DNA from: the human T2T-CHM13v2.0 reference genome, Homo sapiens
Assembly: GCF_009914755.1 (NCBI RefSeq)
Contig: NC_060925.1
Length of the DNA stretch: 64,000 bases
Direction: 5' to 3' (one strand)
Of this stretch, positions 9,917-24,900 are shown one piece after another. Each line of letters begins with the position of its first letter. The first letter of the stretch is position 1. The position numbers were made by a program, and so were the translations under genes. The notes beneath the pieces are model-generated. The model ran no database searches. It saw only the letters and a program-made list of their open reading frames with translations, and was not told the DNA's origin.

Positions 9917-12900
9917 TCCTCAGAGAGGTCCAAATATCCACTTGCAGATTCTACAGAAAGTGTGTTTTGAAACTGCTCCATCCAAAGGAATGTTCAGCTC
10001 TGTGAGTTGAACTCAATCGTCACAAAGTGTTTCCTGGGAATGCTACTGTCTAGTTTTTATGGGCAGTTATATCCTCTGCTGCCATAGGCCTCAAAGCGGT
10101 CCAAATCTCCCCTTTCAGATTCTACCAAAAGTGTGTTTCCAAACGGCTCTATCAAAGGGAATGTTCAACTCTGTGACTTGAATGCAATCATCACAAAGCA
10201 GTTTCTGAGAATGCTTCCATGTAGCTTTTAGGAGAAGATATTTCCTTTTCCACCCCAGGCCTCGAAGCCCTCCAAATGTCCCCTTGCAGATGCTAGAAAG
10301 AGAGGGTTTCAAAGCTGCTCTATCAAAAGGAAAGTACAACTCTGTGAGATGAATGCAAACATCACAAAGAAGTTCCTGAGCATGCTTCCGTTTAGCTTTT
10401 ATGGGAAGATTATCCCTTTTCCATCGAAATGTTCAAAGAGGTCCACATATCCGCTTGCAGATTCCACCGAAAGAGCGTTTCCAAACTGCTGTATCAAAAG
10501 GAATCTTCAACTCCGTGAGTTGAATGCAATCATCACAAAGAAGTTTCTGACAACGCTTCTCTCTAGTTTTTATGTGAAGATATTTCCTTTTCCACCACAG
10601 GCCTGAAAGCGCTCCAAATGTCCACTTGGAGACTCTACGAAAAGAATGTTTCAAAACTGCTCTATGAAAAGCAATGTTATACTCTGGGAGTTGAACACAA
10701 GCCTCACAAAGGAGTTTCTGAGAATGCTTCTGTTTACTTTTTACGTGAAGATATTCCCGTTTCCAAAGAAATCTTCACAGGCTTCCACCTATCCATTTGC
10801 AGATGCTAGAAAAAGAGAGTTTCAAAACTGCTCTATCAAAAGGAATGTTCAACTCTGTGAGTTGAATGCAGTCATCACAGAGAAGTTTCTGAGAAGGCTT
10901 CTGTCTAGATTTTATGTGAAGATATAGCCGTTTCGAACAAAGGCCACAAAGTGCTCCAAATATCCACTTGCAGGTCCTCCAACAAGAGTGTTTCAAACGT
11001 GAACTATCAAAGGAAGGTTCAACTCTGGACTTTGAATGCAAACGTCAGAAAGATGTTTCTGCGAAAGCTTCTGTTTAGTTAGGTGACGTTATCCCGTTTC
11101 CAACGAAATCCTCAGAGAGGTCCAAATATCCACCTGCAGATTCTGCAAAAAGTGTGTTTCCAAACTGCTCCACCCAAAGGCATGTTCAGCTCTGTGAGTT
11201 AAACTCAATCATCACAAAGTATTTTCTGAGAATGCTTCTGTCCAGTTTTCACATGAAGCTGTTTCCTTTACTACCGTAGGCCTCAAAGCGTTCCAAATCT
11301 CCACTTGCAGATACTACGAAAAGAGCGTTTCAACCTGAACTCACAAGGGAAGGTTCAACTCTGTCAGTTGAATGCCAACATCACAAAGAAATTCTGGGAA
11401 TGTTTCTCTTCAGTTATGTGAGTTTTATCCCGTTTCCAACGAAATTCTCAGAGAAGTACAAATATCCACTTGCATATTCTACAAAAAGTGTGTTTTGAAA
11501 GTGCTCCATCAAAAGATATGCTCAGCTCTGTGAGTTAAACTCAATCATCACAAAGAATTTTCTGAGAATGCTTCTGTCTTGTTTTAGGATGAAGTTATTT
11601 CCTTTACGACGATAGGCCTCAAAGAGGTCCAAATCTCCACTTGCAGATTCTGCAGAAGGAGTGTTTCAAACCTGAACTATCAGAGAAAGGTTCAACACTG
11701 TGAGTTGAATGCAAGCATCACGAAGAAGGTTCTGAGAATGCTTCTGTTTAGATAGGTGAGTTTTCTCCCGTATCCAACGAAATCCTCAGAGAGGTCCAAA
11801 TATCCACTTGCAGATTCTACAGAAAGTGTGTTTTGAAACTGCTCCATCCAAAGGAATGTTCAGCTCTGTGAGTTGAACTCAGTCGTCACAAAGTGTTTCC
11901 TGGGAATGCTACTGTCTAGTTTTTATGTGCAGTTATATCCTCTGCTGCCATAGGCCTCAAAGCGGTCCAAATCTCCCCTTTCAGATTCTACCAAAAGTGT
12001 GTTTCCAAACGGCTCTATCAAAGGGAATGTTCAACTCTGTGACTTGAATGCAATCATCACAAAGCAGTTTCTGAGAATGCTTCCATGTAGCTTTTAGGAG
12101 CAGATATTTCCTTTTCCACCCCAGGCCTCGAAGCCCTCCAAATGTCCCCTTGCAGATGCTAGAAAGAGAGGGTTTCAAAGCTGCTCTATCAAAAGGAAAG
12201 TACAACTCTGTGAGATGAATGCAAACATCACAAAGAAGTTCCTGAGCATGCTTCCGTTTAGCTTTTATGGGAAGATTATCCCTTTTCCATCGAAATGTTC
12301 AAAGAGGTCCACATATCCGCTTGCAGATTCCACCGAAAGAATGTTTCCAAACTGCTGTATCAAAAGGAATCTTCAACTCCGTGAGTTGAATGCAATCATC
12401 ACAAAGAAGTTTCTGACAACGCTTCTCTCTAGTTTTTATGTGAAGATATTTCCTTTTCCACCACAGGCCTGAAAGCGCTCCAAATGTCCACTTGGAGACT
12501 CTACGAAAAGAATGTTTCAAAACTGCTCTATGAAAAGCAATGTTATACTCTGGGAGTTGAACACAAGCCTCACAAAGGAGTTTCTCAGAATGCTTCTGTT
12601 TACTTTTTACGTGAAGATATTCCAGTTTCCAAAGAAATCTTCACAGGCTTCCACCTATCCATTTGCAGATGCTAGAAAAAGGGAGTTTCAAAACTGCTCT
12701 ATCAAAAGGAATGTTCAACTCTGTGAGTTGAATGCAGTCATCACAGAGAAGTTTCTGAGAAGGCTTCTGTCTAGATTTTATGTGAAGATATACCCGTTTC
12801 GAACAAAGGCCACAAAGTGCTCCAAATATCCACTTGCAGGTCCTCCAACAAGAGTGTTTCAAACGTGAACTATCAAAGGAAGGTTCAACTCTGGACTTTG

Positions 12901-15900
12901 AATGCAAACGTCAGAAAGATGTTTCTGCGAAAGCTTCTGTTTAGTTAGGTGACGTTATCCCGTTTCCAACGAAATCCTCAGAGAGGTCCAAATATCCACC
13001 TGCAGATTCTGCAAAAAGTGTGTTTCCAAACTGCTCCACCCAAAGGCATGTTCAGCTCTGTGAGTTAAACTCAATCATCACAAAGTATTTTCTGAGAATG
13101 CTTCTGTCCAGTTTTTACATGAAGCTGTCTCCTTTACTACCGTAGGCCTCAAAGAGTTCCAAATCTCCACTTGCAGATACTACGAAAAGAGCGTTTCAAC
13201 CTGAACTCACGAGGGAAGGTTCAACTCTGTCAGTTGAATGCCAACATCACAAAGAAGTTCTGGGAATATTTCTCTTCAGTTATGTGAGTTTTATCCCGTT
13301 TCCAACGAAATTCTCAGAGAAGTACAAATATCCACTTGCATATTCTACAAAAAGTGTGTTTTGAAAGTGCTCCATCAAAAGATATGCTCAGCTCTGTGAG
13401 TTAAACTCAATCATCACAAAGAATTTTCTGAGAATGCTTCTGTCTTGTTTTAGGATGAAGTTATTTCCTTTACGACGATAGGCCTCAAAGAGGTCCAAAT
13501 CTCCACTTGCAGATTCTGCAGAAGGAGTGTTTCAAACCTGAACTATCAGAGAAAGGTTCAACACTGTGAGTTGAAAGCAAGCATCACGAAGAAGGTTCTG
13601 AGAATGCTTCTGTTTAGATAGGTGAGTTTTCTCCCGTATCCAACGAAATCCTCAGAGAGGTCCAAATATCCACTTGCAGATTCTACAGAAAGTGTGTTTT
13701 GAAACTGCTCCATCCAAAGGAATGTTCAGCTCTGTGAGTTGAACTCAATCGTCACAAAGTGTTTCCTGGGAATGCTACTGTCTAGTTTTTATGGGCAGTT
13801 ATATCCTCTGCTGCCATAGGCCTCAAAGCGGTCCAAATCTCCCCTTTCAGATTCTACCAAAAGTGTGTTTCCAAACGGCTCTATCAAAGGGAATGTTCAA
13901 CTCTGTGACTTGAATGCAATCATCACAAAGCAGTTTCTGAGAATGCTTCCATGTAGCTTTTATGAGCAGATATTTCCTTTTCCACCCCAGGCCTCGAAGC
14001 CCTCCAAATGTCCCCTTGCAGATGCTAGAAAGAGAGGGTTTCAAAGCTGCTCTATCAAAAGGAAAGTACAACTCTGTGAGTTGAATGCAAACATCACAAA
14101 GAAGTTCCAGAGCATGCTTCCGTTTAGCTTTTATGGGAAGATTATCCCTTTTCCATCGAAATGTTCAAAGGGTTCCACATATCCGCTTGCAGATTCCACC
14201 GAAAGAGTGTTTCCAAACTGCTGTATCAAAAGGAATCTTCAACTCCGTGAGTTGAATGCAATCATCACAAAGAAGTTTCTGACAATGCTTCTCTCTAGTT
14301 TTTATGTGAAGATATTTCCTTTTCCACCACAGGCCTGAAAGCGCTCCAAATGTCCACTTGGAGACTCTACGAAAAGAATGTTTCAAAACTGCTCTATGAA
14401 AAGCAATGTTATACTCTGGGAGTTGAACACAAGCCTCACAAAGGAGTTTCTGAGAATGCTTCTGTTTACTTTTTACGTGAAGATATTCCCGTTTCCAAAG
14501 AAATCTTCACAGGCTTCCACCTATCCATTTGCAGATGCTAGAAAAAGAGAGTTTCAAAACTGCTCTATCAAAAGGAATGTTCAACTCTGTGAGTTGAATG
14601 CAGTCATCACAGAGAAGTTTCTGAGAAGGCTTCTGTCTAGATTTTATGTGAAGATATACCCGTTTCGAACAAAGGCCACAAAGTGCTCCAAATATCCACT
14701 TTCAGGTCCTCCAACAAGAGTGTTTCAAACGTGAACTATCAAAGGAAGGTTCAACTCTGGACTTTGAATGCAAACGTCAGAAAGATGTTTCTGCGAAAGC
14801 TTCTGTTTAGTTAGGTGACGTTACCCGTTTCCAACGAAATCCTCAGAGAGGTCCAAATATCCACCTGCAGATTCTGCAAAAAGTGTGTTTCCAAACTGCT
14901 CCACCCAAAGGCATGTTCAGCTCTGTGAGTTAAACTCAATCATCACAAAGTATTTTCTGAGAATGCTTCTGTCCAGTTTTTACATGAAGCTGTTTCCTTT
15001 ACTACCGTAGGCCTCAAAGCGTTCCAAATCTCCACTTGCAGATACTACGAAAAGAGCGTTTCAACCTGAACTCACAAGGGAAGGTTCAACTCTGTCAGTT
15101 GAATGCCAACATCACAAAGAAGTTCTGGGAATGTTTCTCTTCAGTTATGTGAGTTTTATCCCGTTTCCAACGAAATTCTCAGAGAAGTACAAATATCCAC
15201 TTGCATATTCTACAAAAAGTGTGTTTTGAAAGTGCTCCATCAAAAGATATGCTCAGCTCTGTGAGTTAAACTCAATCATCACAAAGAATTTTCTGAGAAT
15301 GCTTCTGTCTTGTTTTAGGATGAAGTTATTTCCTTTACGACGATAGGCCTCAAAGAGGTCCAAATCTCCACTTGCAGATTCTGCAGAAGGAGTGTTTCAA
15401 ACCTGAACTATCAGAGAAAGGTTCAACACTGTGAGTTGAATGCAAGCATCACGAAGAAGGTTCTGAGAATGCTTCTGTTTAGATAGGTGAGTTTTCTCCC
15501 GTATCCAACGAAATCCTCAGAGAGGTCCAAATATCCACTTGCAGATTCTACAGAAAGTGTGTTTTGAAACTGCTCCATCCAAAGGAATGGTCAGCTCTGT
15601 GAGTTGAACTCAATCGTCACAAAGTGTTTCCTGGGAATGCTACTGTCTAGTTTTTATGGGCAGTTATATCCTCTGCTGCCATAGGCCTCAAAGCGGTCCA
15701 AATCTCCCCTTTCAGATTCTACCAAAAGTGTGTTTCCAAACGGCTCTATCAAAGGGAATGTTCAACTCTGTGACTTGAATGCAATCATCACAAAGCAGTT
15801 TCTGAGAATGCTTCCATGTAGCTTTTATGAGCAGATATTTCCTTTTCCACCCCAGGCCTCGAAGCCCTCCAAATGTCCCCTTGCAGATGCTAGAAAGAGA

Positions 15901-18900
15901 GGGTTTCAAAGCTGCTCTATCAAAAGGAAAGTACAACTCTGTGAGATGAATGCAAACATCACAAAGAAGTTCCTGAGCATGCTTCCGTTTAGCTTTTATG
16001 GGAAGATTATCCCTTTTCCATCGAAATGTTCAAAGAGGTCCACATATCCGCTTGCAGATTCCACCGAAAGAATGTTTCCAAACTGCTGTATCAAAAGGAA
16101 TCTTCAACTCCGTGAGTTGAATGCAATCATCACAAAGAAGTTTCTGACAACGCTTCTCTCTAGTTTTTATGTGAAGATATTTCCTTTTCCACCACAGGCC
16201 TGAAAGCGCTCCAAATGTCCACTTGGAGACTCTACGAAAAGAATGTTTCAAAACTGCTCTATGAAAAGCAATGTTATACTCTGGGAGTTGAACACAAGCC
16301 TCACAAAGGAGTTTCTCAGAATGCTTCTGTTTACTTTTTACGTGAAGATATTCCAGTTTCCAAAGAAATCTTCACAGGCTTCCACCTATCCATTTGCAGA
16401 TGCTAGAAAAAGGGAGTTTCAAAACTGCTCTATCAAAAGGAATGTTCAACTCTGTGAGTTGAATGCAGTCATCACAGAGAAGTTTCTGAGAAGGCTTCTG
16501 TCTAGATTTTATGTGAAGATATACCCGTTTCGAACAAAGGCCACAAAGTGCTCCAAATATCCACTTGCAGGTCCTCCAACAAGAGTGTTTCAAACGTGAA
16601 CTATCAAAGGAAGGTTCAACTCTGGACTTTGAATGCAAACGTCAGAAAGATGTTTCTGCGAAAGCTTCTGTTTAATTAGGTGACGTTATCCCGTTTCCAA
16701 CGAAATCCTCAGAGAGGTCCAAATATCCACCTGCAGATTCTGCAAAAAGTGTGTTTCCAAACTGCTCCACCCAAAGGCATGTTCAGCTCTGTGAGTTAAA
16801 CTCAATCATCACAAAGTATTTTCTGAGAATGCTTCTGTCCAGTTTTTACATGAAGCTGTCTCCTTTACTACCGTAGGCCTCAAAGCGTTCCAAATCTCCA
16901 CTTGCAGATACTACGAAAAGAGCGTTTCAACCTGAACTCACGAGGGAAGGTTCAACTCTGTCAGTTGAATGCCAACATCACAAAGAAGTTCTGGGAATGT
17001 TTCTCTTCAGTTATGTGAGTTTTATCCCGTTTCCAACGAAATTCTCAGAGAAGTACAAATATCCACTTGCATATTCTACAAAAAGTGTGTTTTGAAAGTG
17101 CTCCATCAAAAGATATGCTCAGCTCTGTGAGTTAAACTCAATCATCACAAAGAATTTTCTGAGAATGCTTCTGTCTTGTTTTAGGATGAAGTTATTTCCT
17201 TTACGACGATAGGCCTCAAAGAGGTCCAAATCTCCACTTGCAGATTCTGCAGAAGAAGTGTTTCAAACCTGAACTATCAGAGAAAGGTTCAACACTGTGA
17301 GTTGAATGCAAGCATCACGAAGAAGGTTCTGAGAATGCTTCTGTTTAGATAGGTGACTTTTCTCCCGTATCCAACGAAATCCTCAGAGAGGTCCAAATAT
17401 CCACTTGCAGATTCTACAGAAAGTGTGTTTTGAAACTGCTCCATCCAAAGGAATGTTCAGCTCTGTGAGTTGAACTCAGTCGTCACAAAGTGTTTCCTAG
17501 GAATGCTACTGTCTAGTTTTTATGTGCAGTTATATCCTCTGCTGCCATAGGCCTCAAAGCGGTCCAAATCTCCCCTTTCAGATTCTACCAAAAGTGTGTT
17601 TCCAAACGGCTCTATCAAAGGGAATGTTCAACTCTGTGACTTGAATGCAATCATCACAAAGCAGTTTCTGAGAATGCTTCCATGTAGCTTTTAGGAGCAG
17701 ATATTTCCTTTTCCACCCCAGGCCTCGAAGCCCTCCAAATGTCCCCTTGCAGATGCTAGAAAGAGAGGGTTTCAAAGCTGCTCTATCAAAAGGAAAGTAC
17801 AACTCTGTGAGATGAATGCAAACATCACAAAGAAGTTCCTGAGCATGCTTCCGTTTAGCTTTTATGGGAAGATTATCCCTTTTCCATCGAAATGTTCAAA
17901 GAGGTCCACATATCCGCTTGCAGATTCCACCGAAAGAATGTTTCCAAACTGCTGTATCAAAAGGAATCTTCAACTCCGTGAGTTGAATGCAATCATCACA
18001 AAGAAGTTTCTGACAACGCTTCTCTCTAGTTTTTATGTGAAGATATTTCCTTTTCCACCACAGGCCTGAAAGCGCTCCAAATGTCCACTTGGAGACTCTA
18101 CGAAAAGAATGTTTCAAAACTGCTCTATGAAAAGCAATGTTATACTCTGGGAGTTGAACACAAGCCTCACAAAGGAGTTTCTCAGAATGCTTCTGTTTAC
18201 TTTTTACGTGAAGATATTCCAGTTTCCAAAGAAATCTTCACAGGCTTCCACCTATCCATTTGCAGATGCTAGAAAAAGGGAGTTTCAAAACTGCTCTATC
18301 AAAAGGAATGTTCAACTCTGTGAGTTGAATGCAGTCATCACAGAGAAGTTTCTGAGAAGGCTTCTGTCTAGATTTTATGTGAAGATATAGCCGTTTCGAA
18401 CAAAGGCCACAAAGTGCTCCAAATATCCACTTGCAGGTCCTCCAACAAGAGTGTTTCAAACGTGAACTATCAAAGGAAGGTTCAACTCTGGACTTTGAAT
18501 GCAAACGTCAGAAAGATGTTTCTGCGAAAGCTTCTGTTTAATTAGGTGACGTTATCCCGTTTCCAACGAAATCCTCAGAGAGGTCCAAATATCCACCTGC
18601 AGATTCTGCAAAAAGTGTGTTTCCAAACTGCTCCACCCAAAGGCATGTTTAGCTCTGTGAGTTAAACTCAATCATCACAAAGTATTTTCTGAGAATGCTT
18701 CTGTCCAGTTTTTACATGAAGCTGTCTCCTTTACTACCGTAGGCCTCAAAGCGTTCCAAATCTCCACTTGCAGATACTACGAAAAGAGCGTTTCAACCTG
18801 AACTCACGAGGGAAGGTTCAACTCTGTCAGTTGAATGCCAACATCACAAAGAAGTTCTGGGAATGTTTCTCTTCAGTTATGTGAGTTTTATCCCGTTTCC

Positions 18901-21900
18901 AACGAAATTCTCAGAGAAGTACAAATATCCACTTGCATATTCTACAAAAAGTGTGTTTTGAAAGTGCTCCATCAAAAGATATGCTCAGCTCTGTGAGTTA
19001 AACTCAATCATCACAAAGAATTTTCTGAGAATGCTTCTGTCTTGTTTTAGGATGAAGTTATTTCCTTTACGACGATAGGCCTCAAAGAGGTCCAAATCTC
19101 CACTTGCAGATTCTGCAGAAGAAGTGTTTCAAACCTGAACTATCAGAGAAAGGTTCAACACTGTGAGTTGAATGCAAGCATCACGAAGAAGGTTCTGAGA
19201 ATGCTTCTGTTTAGATAGGTGACTTTTCTCCCGTATCCAACGAAATCCTCAGAGAGGTCCAAATATCCACTTGCAGATTCTACAGAAAGTGTGTTTTGAA
19301 ACTGCTCCATCCAAAGGAATGTTCAGCTCTGTGAGTTGAACTCAGTCGTCACAAAGTGTTTCCTAGGAATGCTACTGTCTAGTTTTTATGTGCAGTTATA
19401 TCCTCTGCTGCCATAGGCCTCAAAGCGGTCCAAATCTCCCCTTTCAGATTCTACCAAAAGTGTGTTTCCAAACGGCTCTATCAAAGGGAATGTTCAACTC
19501 TGTGACTTGAATGCAATCATCACAAAGCAGTTTCTGAGAATGCTTCCATGTAGCTTTTAGGAGCAGATATTTCCTTTTCCACCCCAGGCCTCGAAGCCCT
19601 CCAAATGTCCCCTTGCAGATGCTAGAAAGAGAGGGTTTCAAAGCTGCTCTATCAAAAGGAAAGTACAACTCTGTGAGATGAATGCAAACATCACAAAGAA
19701 GTTCCTGAGCATGCTTCCGTTTAGCTTTTATGGGAAGATTATCCCTTTTCCATCGAAATGTTCAAAGAGGTCCACATATCCGCTTGCAGATTCCACCGAA
19801 AGAATGTTTCCAAACTGCTGTATCAAAAGGAATCTTCAACTCCGTGAGTTGAATGCAATCATCACAAAGAAGTTTCTGACAACGCTTCTCTCTAGTTTTT
19901 ATGTGAAGATATTTCCTTTTCCACCACAGGCCTGAAAGCGCTCCAAATGTCCACTTGGAGACTCTACGAAAAGAATGTTTCAAAACTGCTCTATGAAAAG
20001 CAATGTTATACTCTGGGAGTTGAACACAAGCCTCACAAAGGAGTTTCTCAGAATGCTTCTGTTTACTTTTTACGTGAAGATATTCCAGTTTCCAAAGAAA
20101 TCTTCACAGGCTTCCACCTATCCATTTGCAGATGCTAGAAAAAGGGAGTTTCAAAACTGCTCTATCAAAAGGAATGTTCAACTCTGTGAGTTGAATGCAG
20201 TCATCACAGAGAAGTTTCTGAGAAGGCTTCTGTCTAGATTTTATGTGAAGATATACCCGTTTCGAACAAAGGCCACAAAGTGCTCCAAATATCCACTTGC
20301 AGGTCCTCCAACAAGAGTGTTTCAAACGTGAACTATCAAAGGAAGGTTCAACTCTGGACTTTGAATGCAAACGTCAGAAAGATGTTTCTGCGAAAGCTTC
20401 TGTTTAATTAGGTGACGTTATCCCGTTTCCAACGAAATCCTCAGAGAGGTCCAAATATCCACCTGCAGATTCTGCAAAAAGTGTGTTTCCAAACTGCTCC
20501 ACCCAAAGGCATGTTCAGCTCTGTGAGTTAAACTCAATCATCACAAAGTATTTTCTGAGAATGCTTCTGTCCAGTTTTTACATGAAGCTGTCTCCTTTAC
20601 TACCGTAGGCCTCAAAGCGTTCCAAATCTCCACTTGCAGATACTACGAAAAGAGCGTTTCAACCTGAACTCACGAGGGAAGGTTCAACTCTGTCAGTTGA
20701 ATGCCAACATCACAAAGAAGTTCTGGGAATGTTTCTCTTCAGTTATGTGAGTTTTATCCCGTTTCCAACGAAATTCTCAGAGAAGTACAAATATCCACTT
20801 GCATATTCTACAAAAAGTGTGTTTTGAAAGTGCTCCATCAAAAGATATGCTCAGCTCTGTGAGTTAAACTCAATCATCACAAAGAATTTTCTGAGAATGC
20901 TTCTGTCTTGTTTTAGGATGAAGTTATTTCCTTTACGACGATAGGCCTCAAAGAGGTCCAAATCTCCACTTGCAGATTCTGCAGAAGGAGTGTTTCAAAC
21001 CTGAACTATCAGAGAAAGGTTCAACACTGGGAGTTGAAAGCAAGCATCACGAAGAAGGTTCTGAGAATGCTTCTGTTTAGATAGGTGAGTTTTCTCCCGT
21101 ATCCAACGAAATCCTCAGAGAGGTCCAAATATCCACTTGCAGATTCTACAGAAAGTGTGTTTTGAAACTGCTCCATCCAAAGGAATGTTCAGCTCTGTGA
21201 GTTGAACTCAATCGTCACAAAGTGTTTCCTGGGAATGCTACTGTCTAGTTTTTATGGGCAGTTATATCCTCTGCTGCCATAGGCCTCAAAGCGGTCCAAA
21301 TCTCCCCTTTCAGATTCTACCAAAAGTGTGTTTCCAAACGGCTCTATCAAAGGGAATGTTCAACTCTGTGACTTGAATGCAATCATCACAAAGCAGTTTC
21401 TGAGAATGCTTCCATGTAGCTTTTATGAGCAGATATTTCCTTTTCCACCCCAGGCCTCGAAGCCCTCCAAATGTCCCCTGGCAGATGCTAGAAAGAGAGG
21501 GTTTCAAAGCTGCTCTATCAAAAGGAAAGTACAACTCTGTGAGATGAATGCAAACATCACAAAGAAGTTCCTGAGCATGCTTCCGTTTAGCTTTTATGGG
21601 AAGATTATCCCTTTTCAATCGAAATGTTCAAAGAGGTCCACATATCCGCTTGCAGATTCCACCGAAAGAGTGTTTCCAAACTGCTGTATCAAAAGGAATC
21701 TTCAACTCCGTGAGTTGAATGCAATCATCACAAAGAAGTTTCTGACAACGCTTCTCTCTAGTTTTTATGTGAAGATATTTCCTTTTCCACCACAGGCCTG
21801 AAAGCGCTCCAAATGTCCACTTGGAGACTCTACGAAAAGAATGTTTCAAAACTGCTCTATGAAAAGCAATGTTATACTCTGGGAGTTGAACACAAGCCTC

Positions 21901-24900
21901 ACAAAGGAGTTTCTGAGAATGCTTCTGTTTACTTTTTACGTGAAGATATTCCCGTTTCCAAAGAAATCTTCACAGGCTTCCACCTATCCATTTGCAGATG
22001 CTAGAAAAAGAGAGTTTCAAAACTGCTCTATCAAAAGGAATGTTCAACTCTGTGAGTTGAATGCAGTCATCACAGAGAAGTTTCTGAGAAGGCTTCTGTC
22101 TAGATTTTATGTGAAGATATACCCGTTTCGAACAAAGGCCACAAAGTGCTCCAAATATCCACTTGCAGGTCCTCCAACAAGAGTGTTTCAAACGTGAACT
22201 ATCAAAGGAAGGTTCAACTCTGGACTTTGAATGCAAACGTCAGAAAGATGTTTCTGCGAAAGCTTCTGTATAGTTAGGTGACGTTATCCCGTTTCCAACG
22301 AAATCCTCAGAGAGGTCCAAATATCCACCTGCAGATTCTGCAAAAAGTGTGTTTCCAAACTGCTCCACCCAAAGGCATGTTCAGCTCTGTGAGTTAAACT
22401 CAATCATCACAAAGTATTTTCTGAGAATGCTTCTGTCCAGTTTTTACATGAAGCTGTTTCCTTTACTACCGTAGGCCTCAAAGCGTTCCAAATCTCCACT
22501 TGCAGATACTACGAAAAGAGCGTTTCAACCTGAACTCACAAGGGAAGGTTCAACTCTGTCAGTTGAATGCCAACATCACAAAGAAATTCTGGGAGTGTTT
22601 CTCTTCAGTTATGTGAGTTTTATCCCGTTTCCAACGAAATTCTCAGAGAAATACAAATATCCACTTGCATATTCTACAAAAAGTGTGTTTTGAAAGTGCT
22701 CCATCAAAAGATATGCTCAGCTCTGTGAGTTAAACTCAATCATCACAAAGAATTTTCTGAGAATGCTTCTGTCTTGTTTTAGGATGAAGTTATTTCCTTT
22801 ACGACGATAGGCCTCAAAGAGGTCCAAATCTCCACTTGCAGATTCTGCAGAAGAAGTGTTTCAAACCTGAACTATCAGAGAAAGGTTCAACACTGTGAGT
22901 TGAATGCAAGCATCACGAAGAAGGTTCTGAGAATGCTTCTGTTTAGATAGGTGAGTTTTCTCCCGTATCCAACGAAATCCTCAGAGAGGTCCAAATATCC
23001 ACTTGCAGATTCTACAGAAAGTGTGTTTTGAAACTGCTCCATCCAAAGGAATGTTCAGCTCTGTGAGTTGAACTCAGTCGTCACAAAGTGTTTCCTAGGA
23101 ATGCTACTGTCTAGTTTTTATGTGCAGTTATATCCTCTGCTGCCATAGGCCTCAAAGCGGTCCAAATCTCCCCTTTCAGATTCTACCAAAAGTGTGTTTC
23201 CAAACGGCTCTATCAAAGGGAATGTTCAACTCTGTGACTTGAATGCAATCATCACAAAGCAGTTTCTGAGAATGCTTCCATGTAGCTTTTAGGAGCAGAT
23301 ATTTCCTTTTCCACCCCAGGCCTCGAAGCCCTCCAAATGTCCCCTTGCAGATGCTAGAAAGAGAGGGTTTCAAAGCTGCTCTATCAAAAGGAAAGTACAA
23401 CTCTGTGAGATAATGCAAACATCACAAAGAAGTTCCTGAGCATGCTTCCGTTTAGCTTTTATGGGAAGATTATCCCTTTTCCATCGAAATGTTCAAAGAG
23501 GTCCACATATCCGCTTGCAGATTCCACCGAAAGAATGTTTCCAAACTGCTGTATCAAAAGGAATCTTCAACTCCGTGAGTTGAATGCAATCATCACAAAG
23601 AAGTTTCTGACAACGCTTCTCTCTAGTTTTTATGTGAAGATATTTCCTTTTCCACCACAGGCCTGAAAGCGCTCCAAATGTCCACTTGGAGACTCTACGA
23701 AAAGAATGTTTCAAAACTGCTCTATGAAAAGAAATGTTATACTCTGGGAGTTGAACACAAGCCTCACAAAGGAGTTTCTCAGAATGCTTCTGTTTACTTT
23801 TTACGTGAAGATATTCCAGTTTCCAAAGAAATCTTCACAGGCTTCCACCTATCCATTTGCAGATGCTAGAAAAAGGGAGTTTCAAAACTGCTCTATCAAA
23901 AGGAATGTTCAACTCTGTGAGTTGAATGCAGTCATCACAGAGAAGTTTCTGAGAAGGCTTCTGTCTAGATTTTATGTGAAGATATACCCGTTTCGAACAA
24001 AGGCCACAAAGTGCTCCAAATATCCACTTGCAGGTCCTCCAACAAGAGTGTTTCAAACGTGAACTATCAAAGGAAGGTTCAACTCTGGACTTTGAATGCA
24101 AACGTCAGAAAGATGTTTCTGCGAAAGCTTCTGTTTAATTAGGTGACGTTATCCCGTTTCCAACGAAATCCTCAGAGAGGTCCAAATATCCACCTGCAGA
24201 TTCTGCAAAAAGTGTGTTTCCAAACTGCTCCACCCAAAGGCATGTTCAGCTCTGTGAGTTAAACTCAATCATCACAAAGTATTTTCTGAGAATGCTTCTG
24301 TCCAGTTTTTACATGAAGCTGTCTCCTTTACTACCGTAGGCCTCAAAGAGTTCCAAATCTCCACTTGCAGATACTACGAAAAGAGCGTTTCAACCTGAAC
24401 TCACGAGGGAAGGTTCAACTCTGTCAGTTGAATGCCAACATCACAAAGAAGTTCTGGGAATGTTTCTCTTCAGTTATGTGAGTTTTATCCCGTTTCCAAC
24501 GAAATTCTCAGAGAAGTACAAATATCCACTTGCATATTCTACAAAAAGTGTGTTTTGAAAGTGCTCCATCAAAAGATATGCTCAGCTCTGTGAGTTAAAC
24601 TCAATCATCACAAAGAATTTTCTGAGAATGCTTCTGTCTTGTTTTAGGATGAAGTTATTTCCTTTACGACGATAGGCCTCAAAGAGGTCCAAATCTCCAC
24701 TTGCAGATTCTGCAGAAGGAGTGTTTCAAACCTGAACTATCAGAGAAAGGTTCAACACTGTGAGTTGAAAGCAAGCATCACGAAGAAGGTTCTGAGAATG
24801 CTTCTGTTTAGATAGGTGAGTTTTCTCCCGTATCCAACGAAATCCTCAGAGAGGTCCAAATATCCACTTGCAGATTCTACAGAAAGTGTGTTTTGAAACT

